DNA of 64,000 nucleotides from Chrysomallon squamiferum (taxonomy: Eukaryota > Animalia > Mollusca). Below, in pieces: positions 26,501 through 40,033 of the stretch. Numbering within the stretch: the stretch's first letter is position 1; each line of letters starts with the position of its first letter. Below the pieces are notes generated by a model. It had not been told where the DNA came from. It made no database searches and worked only from the letters and a program-made list of their open reading frames with translations. The stretch is taken from assembly GCA_012295275.1 (NCBI GenBank), contig CM022669.1, positions 1,054,001 through 1,118,000 of the forward strand. The letters run 5' to 3'. A program made the position numbers and the translations under genes.

Positions 26501-29500
26501 TCTAAAAACATCTTTTCATTATCTGCAGAGTCAGTTTTGTCACTGTTGGATGTATCATCAGATCTTTCTGTAATAGCCAAACCTCCACAGTAGATAAAAG
26601 TACTGTCACTTGAAACTGAACAAATTTCATCATCGTCTGTCACACTTTCTCCATTTTCTAACAAACATCTTTCAGAGAATTCTGATCCATTCTGGGTGTC
26701 TTTGCAAAAATCACTACAAATCAGTTTTGGATCTTGAAAACACACCTCATCATTTTTGATTACAGAAATATTTTCAGATGTTTTATCTGAACTTGTCAAA
26801 GTTTCTACTTCACAAAGTTTGTTAACAGTTTTCAGCTGGTTTGTCATTTCATAATCTGTGTATGGTTTTTCTCCATTTATATAGTGGTACAGCCGATTTG
26901 CATCTTTCACTAATATGATGTCTAAATAAAAAGTCCCTGATACATTTCCAGCAGTCATATCAGCAAGAGCTTTTCTTCCATACATGTTGTACTTTTTATT
27001 GATCTCCATCAAGTATTCGATTACCTCAGTGCGACAGCTGTGTTGCAGTTCATAATATCCAATATGAAGAATTTTGCTTTTAACTTGATAGACCTTTTGT
27101 TTACTAGCAGTAAAACACTTGCATACAAATTCCTTCATAATGAAATATTTCCCTTCAGGAAGATTCAAACACAATAATTTGCTTCCATGGTATTTGACTA
27201 ATCTTAGTTCACTGTGTCTGTAAATAAGAACTTTGTCATACTCTAAACAACAACACTCACAAGTTACCTTTTCACTCTGTTTTGTGCACACAGCTCTTCC
27301 ACTGACATTTCCATTTGATTGTTTTTCTCTTCTAGTCACAATTCTGTTTATAATTTTTTTCTTAACACTTTTCAGTGGCTTTTTCAAGAAAGGTCTATAG
27401 TTCTTTGATTTTCCAATACCTTTTTCATTTCGGCCCATTTTTAAGGAATATTTTCCTTTGCTCATTTTCACTGTCATTGTATTTCCTGTACTCAGACAAT
27501 TTGCAAACTGATTTCCCTTCAAGACCTGACAACCAAAACCTGTCATTTCTTTTGAACAAGATGTAATTAATTTACTATTGCCAATGAACAAATCCGTCTG
27601 ACAGGTGTTTTTTTCTGTTTGTACATTATCATGTTTTTCTGATGTGATGTGTTTATTTGTAAAATTTTGGTGGGTGGTTTTGGCATGTTTGGAAAATGAC
27701 CCAGATACATCATACCTGGAATCACTGCAGGATCTTTTCAGTATTTTGTTAGGAAACTGAGAATTCTCAGACAAAGAGAAACAATTATTTTGGTGTGTTC
27801 TGAGAATAAGTTTTAAGGAACAATCCGACTGATCTACATACATTATGTTCTCATCTTGCCCTTTTGTTCCAGTGTTTAGTGAAATTTCATCCTTTTGCAC
27901 AACCTGATTTTTCAAAACACCAGTTTCACTCTGAGTTTCTGGTGGTATATGTGAACCATCATTGACAGTGTCATTCAGTACTTTTCTTCTTGATTTGCTA
28001 TCATCCTCAAGCAATTTTTCAGTGTTCTCAATACCTGCAGGGTCTTGTTTTTTCAAAGTACCAAGTCTTACCAAAGAAGATGACCTATTTCTTGACACAC
28101 TGGAGACAACTTCATTTTTATACTTTTTTCTAGGAACATATTTTATAACTGGCAACAAAAGATCATCTGAAAACTGTTCTTCACAAATAGTTTTGTTTTT
28201 CAAAAGACTAGAGTCAGGTGCACACCCTGAAACACATTCATTATTTGTGTTAAGTTCAGCTTGTGTTGGTGATAAAACATATGTTTTTGATACATCACTG
28301 GAATCAGGATCAGTTCCATCAAGTCTATCAAAATCAATAACTAGGCAATCTTCATCACCCATGTCTTGGCTGCATGCATGATCATTTGAAGATGTGACTT
28401 TGACTGCTCTAGGAACAACTAGAATAGAGTTTTCTTTATTTTCAGGATCACTGTCCCTTTCAATCTGAGCTGACAGTTCTGCTTTCTTGCTGTCAAAAAC
28501 AGTCTGGAAATCATTAACACTAGAATATTCTGTAAGCTCTGAAGATGGTGTGTTGTCAATATCCATATGTAGACCTGCAGGTGAGAATGGAGATGAAGAA
28601 TTCATCATAACTGAACTTTTTTCTTTTAAAATAATTCCACACTGAACCTCTGAGTTTGTATCAACTGGCATATTCACTATTTCAGTCTCACTGTTATCAT
28701 CAGTACTAGTCTTAGGAGAATCCAAGCTGCCAGATGGCATTTTGTACCACTTCTGCACATTGAAATTATCAGCACAATCCACTAAATCTGATATACTGTT
28801 TTTATAAAGCTGATATTCTAGTGCATTTGTTGTTGACAAAACTGAATCAGAAAACCTGGGTTTACTTGTTTTTGAATATTTAACCTGCCCATTGTTTGTA
28901 GGTGATGCATGTTCATAATGGTGGTTTTGGTGACAGGGTGTGCTATGAAGCATGGCATTATTTCTCTGATACATCTGCGACTTTTCCTCATTATACCCTC
29001 TTGTACAAGACACATTTGTTGGTAAAATGGCTGATGATCTACAATAAGTGTGGCTTAAAAAATTATTATTTTGAAAAGGAGTCCTTTCCGATCTTTGAAG
29101 ATGAGTGCTGTTGTTTTGAAAAGGTATGGAAGTGGACATCATGTACTGATTCTTTTGGTTGGCAGGTAAAAAAGAACTAATATGATGATAATGTGAACTT
29201 GCTCTGTATTTTTTGAGCCACTGATGTGAAGTATTCAGTGAACTGATGCTGGCTTCATTCATATTTCCACTTGTCAGTAAACCATGATGTCGTCTCTGTA
29301 ATTGGGTCATTACACTATAATTATTATGACAGCTACTGAACTGTTTTTCATTTAGCTGAAGAGGCATGTTGTGAACATCTGATATGCTGTATAGAAAGTT
29401 AGTCTGTCTAGCTGGTGGCTGAAACCTGGTTGGACTGACTGTTTGGTGAGAAGCTAACCTGTCTCCTGTGTTTGAATTCAAGTCTGGAAAAAGTGTTTTA

Positions 29501-29898
29501 TTATAGTTTTCATGATACTGCAGTGAATTACCTGTTATCATTTGACTCTCTGCAATATGATCAACTGACTGCTGTAACTGGCCATTAGAAACTGACCAGC
29601 TGCTAAATGGACTTTGAGTCATGTTCTGCTTTTCATACTGAATGACACCACTTGCTGGTCTGGGTGTAGTCAGACTGAAAAGATTCATTAAAGATCCTTC
29701 AAAACTGTGTTGACAGTTTAGTGTCTGTGATAACATTAGCTGTTCTTCAGCAGGTTTAGCAGCATAGTATCTCTGGTTCTGTGAGTTAGCATCACCAAAA
29801 TCATTCTGATGTGCGGTGCTGGGGTACAGACTGTTGTACCATCTTGAATCACATTGTGCATTGTGAAAGTTTGGACCATTTTCTGAAAGTCCAGTCAT
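22628..29898 (-). CDS. Large probable nuclear protein (~1564 aa) with two Ski/Sno/Dachshund-like (DHD-N) domains and a C-terminal helical tail; exons 29898-25338, 23006-22923, 22677-22628
   Basis: 1541-aa ORF in the track. A GTAAGT donor at 25337 (phase 1) joins in frame to an 84-nt exon (SENQTLNSEVARISRVNENLVTTMHHYE) and a terminal exon (VLLKEFAKSFKDAEDE*). An acceptor at 29918 implies an upstream 5' UTR exon. The domain call is by motif resemblance only. Confidence 0.8.
22923..23006 (-). CDS. Penultimate coding exon of the Ski/Dach-like-domain gene
   Basis: Polypyrimidine tract + gaag acceptor, gtaagt donor, phase 1/1, open frame. Confidence 0.72.
25338..29898 (-). CDS. Main 4.56-kb coding exon of the Ski/Dach-like-domain gene
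   Basis: Uninterrupted ORF, not a simple repeat; S/N/D/E-rich low-complexity regions flank two folded-looking segments (26881-27210, 26191-26450). Confidence 0.9.
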
Positions 29899-31729
29899 TT
29901 CATGTTTTTCTTATTTCCTGAAAATAACAATAAGTTAATATAAAAGCATTGATATCATCCTGTTATAGCAACCTTCATATGTCCTCTTGTTTTCAAATGT
30001 TTACACTTTACTAAACAATATTCAATTATTTACATCTGGATAACAATATATGTCCTCATAAAAAATAACAAAAAGCTGCTTATCATCCATTTGTTATAAA
30101 AATTAATGGTGTTTCGCAGATATTTTTATTTTTATTATTTAAAAAGTTGTTTTCCACTGAAAGGCCAAATCTGAATAACCATGAATGGTATAATGAACAA
30201 TAAATGTACTATGGTTTGGGTTTGTCATAAGATGTAGAAATCAAGATATGTAGTATTGTCTTTTTTTAAGATTTTCGAATATACAAATTTTATTTTATTT
30301 ATGCAAGCAGAAATTGTGATGCAGTTAGCAATTACAAGAAACTTATTTCTTTTATGAGGATTTATTAATTAATGTTTAACAGAAACCTGTTTTGTAAACA
30401 TTTTTGACAAGTCTATACATATTTTAAACTGCAACATAAAACTGACAATTAACTGAGAAATAATTCCCAACTAAGTAATGTTAGTCTGTTCAACACTGAA
30501 GTAAAAAGTGAAATGTGTGTGTGCCAGCATTCTGTTCAGAAGATGATTCATTCTGCTATGAATGTGGATGTATTAATGATTTTTGTTCAACAGTGATTTT
30601 ATAAAGTCTTTATTACTGGACTGGTGGGTAACCTATTAAAAATTAAAATAACACAGATAAGGTTTACTAAAATGTCACATTCTATAATACAAATTTAATT
30701 TATATAATAATATAAATATATAGTATGTAATATATTCTGAAATCTGACTGGTTATAAAAATCACATTTAAAGGTATACTGAAGGAAAAATACATATAATA
30801 CCATGATTTTTATTTTCAAAATAATGAACTGTTATAATGGATAACAGTAGACCTAGGTTCATCTACTCATTTCTTTCTTAATATTTATTTTACTTATTAC
30901 CCAATGTTTTTCTTATAATTGCACTAGCCTCTGTTTTATTAATCATTTTTGTTTGTGAATATTAAATAGCAAGCATTCATTAATTATAAGTAAATCAAGA
31001 ATATTGATTACAGTGATTAACATTATAAACAGAAATACAGATCAAAAGGTATTACAGCAGACTAGGTATATTCAATGGAATATTTAATGAATTTTTAATA
31101 ATATTTACATACAGCTCCTTGTTAATTAAATTTAAAGAACATTTAATTAATTCAAATTATATTAAAACTTCTGAAAATAATAATAATTATAAATACTAAA
31201 TATTTACATTCATAATGTGTAAACATGTTTGTATTTGTTTCATACTATTTTAATTTATTTATTGTGTGAATACATGAATTTATGAATAGATTTAAAAGGG
31301 GGACAGCACTTGATAAATTTAGTTCAAATCTTGTTAGAGAGCTATAAAAAATGATAAGTTACAATTATTAACATTATAATAATATTCTTATAGAATTATA
31401 CGTTAGTCAAATGCATTATTATATTATAACAGGCGAATCGCAATAGTGCCAATACTATGCAATGACCTGGACACCGAGTAACTATAAAACTGGTGGAAGA
31501 GTTTCGATCGTTCACCCTTCACTCCTGTTCTATATAAGTACAATAATTATTAAAAAATAAATAAATGAATAAAATAAAATTACTACACCTACGAGAACTC
31601 GGAATTAAGAAGAAAAAAAAAAATGGAAATAATGATCGTTCCGCTGCACATAAAAAGTTTTTAAACGCTCAGAAATCAAGCACCGATACAACAAAGCTTC
31701 GTACTAACCGGTTTGCTTCTACTCAAGAA

Positions 31730-31835
31730 AATAAGTCGGAAACCAAAATGGCAGTGAATTATCCAATATCTAAACAAGAAACGTGCTCGCTTCTCTGCTG
31801 CAAATCAAGAGGCGAATATGATGACGTCACAGCTA
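31730..31835 (-). promoter_or_regulatory. Putative promoter of the minus-strand gene
   Basis: Locally CpG-richer; YY1-type CAAAATGGC (31744), CCAAT (31763), CRE TGACGTCA (31822); about 1.8 kb upstream of the 5' UTR acceptor. Confidence 0.45.
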
Positions 31836-32321
31836 TTAAGGGGTCCAACCCTCCCTTACCTCTCTATAAATAACTTGTAAAAGACTCAGGACTTTCGAAC
31901 AAAACTGTGTCGAAATTTTTTTTTAAAAGTTACAATAAGAAGAAATTTTAATCTGTGTAAAAAAATTAGGAAATCAACCCTTTTGCCTCAATTAGCCGAT
32001 GTTTTTAGCTGCAGGCTAAGAACAAATAATTTGACCATAATTATAAAATTTCGGATGTTAGTAATAATTTTTGCTTTGATAGATAAAACCATTTAGAAAG
32101 TTTAACAGTTGTGCCTGTCCTAGACGTGCTTCAGAACGTTAATTTTTTTTTTCCATTCCATTCCATGTAAGACAGTGAAAGGATCGGAGAACAGATTTAT
32201 CTGTATGCAGGCCTAATTATTTTCATTATGATTTTCATTATGTGAATGAAATGTTTAAGAATTAACAGTGTATTATCTGCCAATTCTTGGGCTTAAAGGT
32301 CTTATAATAATAATAATAATA

Positions 32322-32368
<47 letters not shown>

Positions 32369-33129
32369 ACAGGTAATAAAGACTTGAAATAAACACAAAC
32401 AAATAAATAAATAAAAATTAAATAAAAAAATAAAAAAAAAAAAATAAAAAGTAAAAAAAAAAAAAAAATAATTGAATGCTAAAGATTTAAATGACTTTTT
32501 AAGATCGTGTCCGCTACGTGTGTCTGTTGTGTGTTTTAGAGTAAATCTCTGAAAACACTGTTTACATCAAAATATAAATTTTCAGCATGTTTGTGTAATC
32601 CGTTTCACGCACGGAATTCACGAATTCAGGAAATGTAAAATGTTTTCATGAAATTACTGTGTCAGTGGTCTTATGAAATCACTGTTATTCGACTCATTGT
32701 GTAACCATATGAGATGTTTTTATTGGTTTTCAGCAAGTCTATATATCATGGACATAATCATCATATACTTGGCTGGGAAATGTAGGGACGTTTTTACCTG
32801 ACATCACATTTTGATCGTGGACAGCTGTTTTAATGCATTTGCTGAGCTAGCAATACAATCACTCGCATCACGTGACCTGAAAAGACTACATTGTATGTTT
32901 TATCTTCTAGATGCTAAGTCAGTTTGCTAGTTAATAACTTACTTTTCTATATTACTATTAACACATTAAATATATTTTAATAATAAACAGTATAAAAAGA
33001 TATTAGAATTGCAACTCGGGTATGGCCCGTAGTAATAGTAGGATTTTACCCAGATTCATGATTGCTGCATTAAAATGAAGCATAATAATTATTTAAATTC
33101 AACACATATATCTCTAGACTCTACGGCTA

Positions 33130-33780
33130 AAAGATGAACAAATAAAAAATTACAAACAAATATAATCAAATAGTAATATTCATTACAATCAAACCTATCA
33201 GTTTTATTAAATATTTATTAAATAGTAATTATTAATATCAACAGCTAACAAAGTTTATTAATCATGACTTCAGTTAGTTCAATATTCCATATCCATATTA
33301 TTACAGTGTATGATAATTATAGGTCATGTAGATGTAAAAATAATAGGAAACTTGTAAATACCATTAATATAGTTCCACTCCCTCAGACACAAACGAAATG
33401 GATGGTCATTAAATCATTTCAGACATTCTTGAAATTCATCCAGTACTAAAAACATATCGTCTCTGTATCAAATTATGTAAGTTTCGCTCAATCCCGCATG
33501 GTGAAAGTTACCTTCTAAACAATAGCAATTCACTTTAGTTTGCCATTTCTTTCATAAGCCCAATGTTCTGACAGTTCTGTTAACTGTCGAAGGAAAGCAT
33601 TAACTCCTAGCAGAGCCCATATTAACAGGTGTCATCTGTTCCTGGCACTTTGACAACCCGCATTTAATTGCTTGCTCACACTAATACGATACCTCTGCCT
33701 ATAATCACATCTAGTACTTATCTTGAGTAATAATAATTACATTGTATAAAAGTCTCATTATAAATCTTTCATTATGTTTA
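33130..33780 (+). repeat. Dispersed repeat copy 1; related copies at ~36965-37450 and ~38760-39810
   Basis: Shared blocks such as tattccatatccatattattacagtgtat (33283) versus tattccacatccatattattacattgtat (38939), and ctggcacttggacacctggcata-like blocks at 33642, 37260, 39271. Confidence 0.7.
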
Positions 33781-34519
33781 AGAATAATAATAATAATACT
33801 AAATCAAAATAGGACATCAGTGTAATTGAACCATAAATTACCTTTGGGTTTTGTATAACGGAGCAGTTTAACAGTCTGATTTCAGGATTTTATTTGTAGC
33901 TAATTCTGCAGGATGTAGCTAGGCGTGGACCTAATAAGAAGAATAGGAAATGAGTCACTGCGGGTCCATTATGTTTCTCTCAGTCAGATATATCTTGATC
34001 TAAGCCGACTCAAGCTGGTCATGTCTAACTGGATATTTGTTTGTTACAAGTTTTATCTTCTCACTGTTTCTTTGTGCTGTATGTTATGTATTACTTCTTA
34101 TCGTTGTTCGTGAGAACAAAGCTCATACAAACGGCCTATTTTTGCACATATTTTGATAATTATATGGTTGTATACATGAAGTTTTATCTTTTTTTTTTTT
34201 TTAATTTGTCTGCATAGTGTACTGTCTATGCATCTTTTCTTGAGAAATCAATATATATGTATTACTTTGTTAGTTTAGTAGTTTATTTTCTATGCTTAAT
34301 TTCCCGTTAGCTATTAACTAGTATTACTTAGTCTGTAATCCCGATGACAAGGCAGTAGATTTTTGATAGCTTTTATTAAGACGTTTTTAATTAGTGTTAA
34401 TTTACGTATTTATCACGAATGTTTTATTTATTTCCTTACTGACATATTGAGAGAGATATTTAACAGGTTTATGTATTTTTCTTCCCGTCTTACTCTATGA
34501 TTGTAATGATAACCGCAGC

Positions 34520-35960
34520 TTGCCTTTAGGGCGAAATCTGTCCTAAGTGACAATTCTGACAAACACAAGTAAGTAACGAACTAATTTCACACCTATAGAA
34601 CTGTTTATTCAGTTCACAAGAACCACAACAAAACACAACAAATACACTTTTGATGACCAATAACCACTTGCTTTTGCTTACTAAAGTACAATATTATATC
34701 AGAGTTTAATATCACAGTTATAGATGTAATATACACAGTATCTCACTCAACTCTTGGTTTTGGTTGCCATGAGGTTTCCAGCGAATGTTGTGACCAGCTC
34801 CTTGGATGAACTCTTCAGTTTCCACACAGAAGGATGAGAAACTCCACACAAAAGTTCAATTCTGTGATTCCATGACTCACAGAGATTGTTAGTGTGCTGT
34901 TTGCCATCATTCCACATCTGTGGAGGGAAGAGCGGAGGGATGTAAGGGAGCATGATGACGTCCTGTCCTTCGCCATCTGGAGCGTGGCGTTGAATCCGTT
35001 GAGTACGAATAGATGGTGTTGAAAAGAGGTTCCATCTGTTCTAGTGTATTGTTGTGAAGGAACTCAAGGCCTGCAGGCAGATCATCGACAGGAAGTAAAG
35101 CTTAATGAATCCATCATACCACAGAACAGTTTAACGTCTTCAGGGTCCTTGTAGCGCTGAGTAAGCCCCGAGTCCTGCACCTTACGCTGTGTCGACTGGG
35201 TAAGATGGTAGAAACAGCCTTGTACTTTACATAGCACACAAGTCACAGCAAGCACCATTGCCATCTCTAAATCTATTACTACAGTCGAAGGATCAGGGTT
35301 TTGCTGCAGTTTGGAACACTTGTCAACAATAGCATGTAGCAGGTTATCGTAAGTTTCTTGCGACTTGCTTTGGAGTAGAGCACAGAGTGTTCACACAGCA
35401 GTGTACGTTACATCCAGGAGGAGTAACAACTTGGTTTCCATCCATAAACCAGGTCTCGGCAGTCGATAGATGTTGCAGAGATCACTGGCACCAAATAGAT
35501 GATTCTTGGGTCTGGACTGTTGAGGATTAGGTCCTGTTGTCAGCCCACTTTCCCTCGACGAAATCTTGAAGAGTTTCAGGTTGAGGAGGAATGTCGTCAA
35601 GTATTTGGTTATGTTGCGTACGTGTTACTGACTCTTCCCTGCCAAGTTCAACCGTGGCAGTTTGACTCATGGCTTGAGTTATTATCTGGCTTAGCTTGTT
35701 GAAACTTTGCTTGGATTGCTGCTTCATCTGAGAACGGCATTTGACAGTGGCTACTTTTGTATCAGATGGATCGTGGTGATGGCCTGCAACTAACTTTGGA
35801 TCATCATTATCCAAGCTTGTGCTTAGAGCTGCTTTGCAATCAGTAGTCTGTCCGCTGTACACATCGCCACCTTATGTTACGAGGCTTAGTTATCTGTTTA
35901 GTGTAAATGAAACCATTGAATATTAACTTCTAACCACCTGTGTTGCTATTTATGACTTAC
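34520..35960 (-). mobile_element. Degenerate Mutator/MULE DNA transposon (FLYWCH-type N-terminus plus MULE transposase), frameshifted
   Basis: Fragments ...HHHDPSD..., VQGCFYHLTQSTQRKVQDSGL and TNNLCESWNHR...SHPSVWKL are typical MULE motifs (GCxFH, TNNxxEGWH, HPxIWK); split across several frames. Confidence 0.85.
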
Positions 35961-36209
35961 ATTGTGAACAGAGTCAAACTTTCTAATGAAAGCTAATGAT
36001 ATTTTCATTTGTATTTATTGTAATAGAACTGCTCGGTAGGAAGCCATTCCTTCAGAGGTGCAATTATTTTTGTAACCAGCACTTAACTGATTATCTTATT
36101 TTTAGAGAGAGACATGTCACAGATTTTATTAAATCAATTAAAATTATTATTTAATGTTTTTGTGTTGCTGAGGATAGCAACATTTTTAAGTTGGGAAGTG
36201 TGTAGAATG

Positions 36210-37740
36210 GAGACATTGTTTCCTGTTCTAAAAGGTCAGATTGTATATTTTAAAGTAATTAGTGAGGAGTATGTGCTAGCAAGATAGATTAAGATGACTG
36301 CCTCCTAATGGAAGCTTTTATTAACACTGGATATTGTATGGTCATGTGACGTGACCATATATGGCAACTAGTGCCTGAAATTTAAGGGGGTCTTTCATGG
36401 AGAGCAGACATAGCCTTGGACATTGCAGGACCTTAAAAACTGCTAGAGAAGGTAAGATTTTTATTGGTTTCACATATGTGTAATTGATTTAGGTTTATTG
36501 CTTTCATTTTAATATGTCCATTAAAGACGAATAATTAAGATATTACATACTAAAGATGAGACTAAAGATGTGCTAATTCAAAATGCTATTAATATAAATA
36601 TATATAATCTAGTTGTTGAAATATTTATTGTATATGATTAATGTGTTAGTATGTATATATACACATATACAAATATCAGTTTTTCCAAAATTGATGGTGT
36701 TGTTTTCGCTTATGGGGCATCAATTTTTTTTATTTTTTTTTTGTTGTTAATTTGTAGTTTTTAATCCAAAAAAAAAGAAGAATACATATATAATTATTTT
36801 TTTTTTATTTGATATTCATTCTAGGTAAGGTTATTTTTTTGGACCAGAATTATTTATGTAACCTGTCTAATGTAGTGCTTTTTATCATTCTGATGTGAGT
36901 GCAGTCTTAAATAGCCCACTTATTAATTATTATTATTCTTATTATCAATTAATACTGATATTTCCAGCAGAAAGAAAATAATCATAAACAAATATATTCA
37001 ACAAACATATAATCAAATACTTAATATTAATATACATTTAAATAAAATCCTATCTGATGAGAAGTCAATTACGTACCTTTTAATCTTAATCTCAACTGTT
37101 AAAGTTCATTCCATCCTAACTGTTTCACCCCATCCTATATGCTAAATGTAATCTTAAACAAGCAATTAACTTCAGCAGGGGTTCTGTTCTCTTTTGTAGG
37201 CCAGCATTAACTTCTAGCTAACACCAGATTAATGGGTGAGTTATCATGCTTATCTGTTTCTGACACTTGGACACCTGGCATACCAATACTAATACCCTAC
37301 TACTCTGTCTATGATAATTTCTATCACATGTGTTAATTAACAATTACGTAAATAAAATATAATTATTCTCTCATCTTTAATACGTAATATCTTAATTATT
37401 CCTCTTTAATAGACATATTAAAATGAAAGCAATAAACCTAAATTAATTACTGATCTATAGCACATATGTGAAACCAATAAAAAGAAACTTACCTTCTCTA
37501 GCAGTTTTTAAGGTCCTGCAGTGTCCAAGGCTATGTTTGCTCTCCATGAAAGTCCCCCTTAAATTTCAGGCACTAGTTGCCATATATGGTCACGTCACAT
37601 GACCATACAATATCCAGTGATAACAAAAGCTCTCAATGGGAGCCAGTCATCTTAATCTATCTTGCTAGCATTTATTCCCCACTAATTACTTGAAAATATT
37701 ATACAATCTGACCTTTTAGAATATGAATCAGTGTCTATTA
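36210..37740. repeat. Long inverted repeat pair (~330-bp arms at ~36210-36540 and ~37390-37740)
   Basis: cactggatattgtatggtcatgtgacgtgaccatatatggcaactagtgcctgaaatttaaggggg (36326) and its reverse complement at 37554-37619; similarity extends on both sides. Confidence 0.9.
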
Positions 37741-38076
37741 TTTTTCTATTCTACATTATTGTGACTAACTAAGAACACTAAGCATAATGTAAAGACACCA
37801 TTAATGTATCTGAGATTCCTTTCTCTTTGTTTAGACTTGAAGTATTCGTGCATTTCCTCCAAGACACTTGGGGCATTACGTTAAGAAACCGAGGACAGTA
37901 ATGGTCTGCCAGTATTGTTCAGAGGGTGTCTTCCCATCTGGTAGAATCCCATTTCGTCGAAAGGCTAAATGTGGTTCAGTGGTCTTATTGACGTGCATGT
38001 CTTTACCTCAGTCATTATAATGAACTGTTCCAGATTATTTGGAAACCGATTTTTTTTTTTTTTTTTTTTATAAATA

Positions 38077-38125
38077 CAGTAATTCCTCGCTTAACGATAT
38101 CCCGCTTTAACGATCTTTTTAAGTT

Positions 38126-38160
<35 letters not shown>

Positions 38161-38485
38161 TATAGAAATAGAAATTTAATAGTTGATTGCTCGAAATAAA
38201 TGATTCAAATGGGTACAATGCATACATTTAAGTTCGTTTTTCGTTCGTTTCTCGATCGTTCACGAGCGTCCCTCAGCTGTGTTGATTAGTTGACATGCAG
38301 ACGTCATACGTACATGTGATGTACAGATTCTCTTTTCTCTGCTGCTTCCATTTAGACTTAATGCTTTTGTATTTTACCCTTCCAATATGTCAAAACGAAT
38401 AAAAGTACACCGGCGAATGCTGATGATAAAAACAAACGGAAGATAATAACTTTAGAAACAAAATACGATATCTTAAATGAACACA
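38077..38485 (+). mobile_element. Tigger/pogo DNA transposon 5' remnant
   Basis: TA followed by CAGTAATTCCTCGCTTAACG TIR-like end; downstream KNKRKIITLETKYDILNEH resembles the HTH-psq start of Tigger transposases. Confidence 0.65.
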
Positions 38486-40033
38486 ATCTCTTGTTTAAAT
38501 ACGTAACTCACTAGTTACTCACTATATAAAATCACTGTCCAAGGAATAAACAATCAAGACGGGGTTTCAAGTTAAAGGTATTTAATATTAGGTAATCCCT
38601 GATACAGAAATATTAACATATTCAACATTGTAACTCTGGCATCTCCAAGGAGGACAAACTGACCAGGTTCATAAAACCTTAGTTAATTAATCATAATAAA
38701 GATTCTTCAGTTGCAAAACAAAAACCAAACCAATAACAAAATCCCTGATGTTTAGATAAAAAGAAAATAATTGTAAACATATATATTCAACAAACATATA
38801 ATCAAATACATAATATTAATATTACAATCAAACTGGAGGAGAAGATAATTACATGCACTTAAATATTAATATCCTCAGTCAAAGTCCATTAGTCATGGCT
38901 TCCAGGAGTTATCCATGAGTATAACTGCTACAGTTCAGTATTCCACATCCATATTATTACATTGTATCATAATCATATGTTCAAGTAGAAGTAATGTAGT
39001 ATGAAACTTGTAAATATATTATTATTGTCCCCCTCAGTCTGGTACTAATGAAATAGTCTATCAATATAAAATAGGTGATTATTAACTCTTAACTGATATC
39101 GGTTTCACCCAACCCCGTGTGTTAAAAGCAATCTTTAACAAAAGCAGACTTCAGTTTGGAATTTTAAGCCCAGTGTTTATGTAACAGCAGGGGTTCTGTT
39201 TTTTTTGCAGGAACACATTAACACTTAGCTCACACCAGATTAATGGGTGTGATTTCATGTTTAATTATTTCTGGCACTTGGACACCTGGCATACTAATAC
39301 CAGTACGTGTCTGTAATCATTTCTACCCCGTATGTTAACTAGAAGTAATTACATTGTATACTGTAATTGTTACTGATGTTTTGGTTATACTGAAAACATA
39401 AACATAATATCACCAAGGCATTTAAAGAATAACTGTTATGATAAAGATGTAATTACCAGCACATGTAAATTAACAATTACACATAAATATAAAACATAAA
39501 ACACTGTTAGTAGTGATGTCGGTGACTCTTAGCCCACACGACCTGAACAGAAATAATAAGCATCATCTGGGAAAATACTTGTTTATTTTTTTAAATATAT
39601 TTCAATGTGAAAACTAATACAGATCCCTTTAAATTATTCTAAATATTAAACACTGCTGCTTTAAGTTATTCCAAGATATTTAATAAATTGTGCGCTAGCA
39701 TAGTCAAAATAAATGAAAGTCCTCAAATAAAATATAATTATCTTTAACAATGTAATATTTATATTCTTTTTAGCAGACACATTACAATGGAGGCAGTAAA
39801 CGTGAATTACTTACTTGATTTGAATGTTTGATACCAGGGGACATTTATTTTGTTCCTTTTCTATTTTGCAGATAAGCTGAGGAAGCTAAGGACACCACTA
39901 AGCATGAGATGGGACATCACGTCTTGAAAGAAAAGTGAACATGAAGGCAAAACGAGAATATGAGACTAGAGGAGAAAGGATGAAAGAGAGGATGGAATGA
40001 AGAGAGAGAAGAAAGAAGACAAATGTTTGATAG

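Noticed and set aside
31565-31873. 102-aa plus-strand ORF
   Set aside because: Includes a poly-A run, has no recognisable motifs and overlaps the putative promoter.
32490-33050. Possible Helentron/HINE-like element (similar hints at 44890-45010)
   Set aside because: Only vague terminal resemblance; I could not define boundaries or subterminal repeats.
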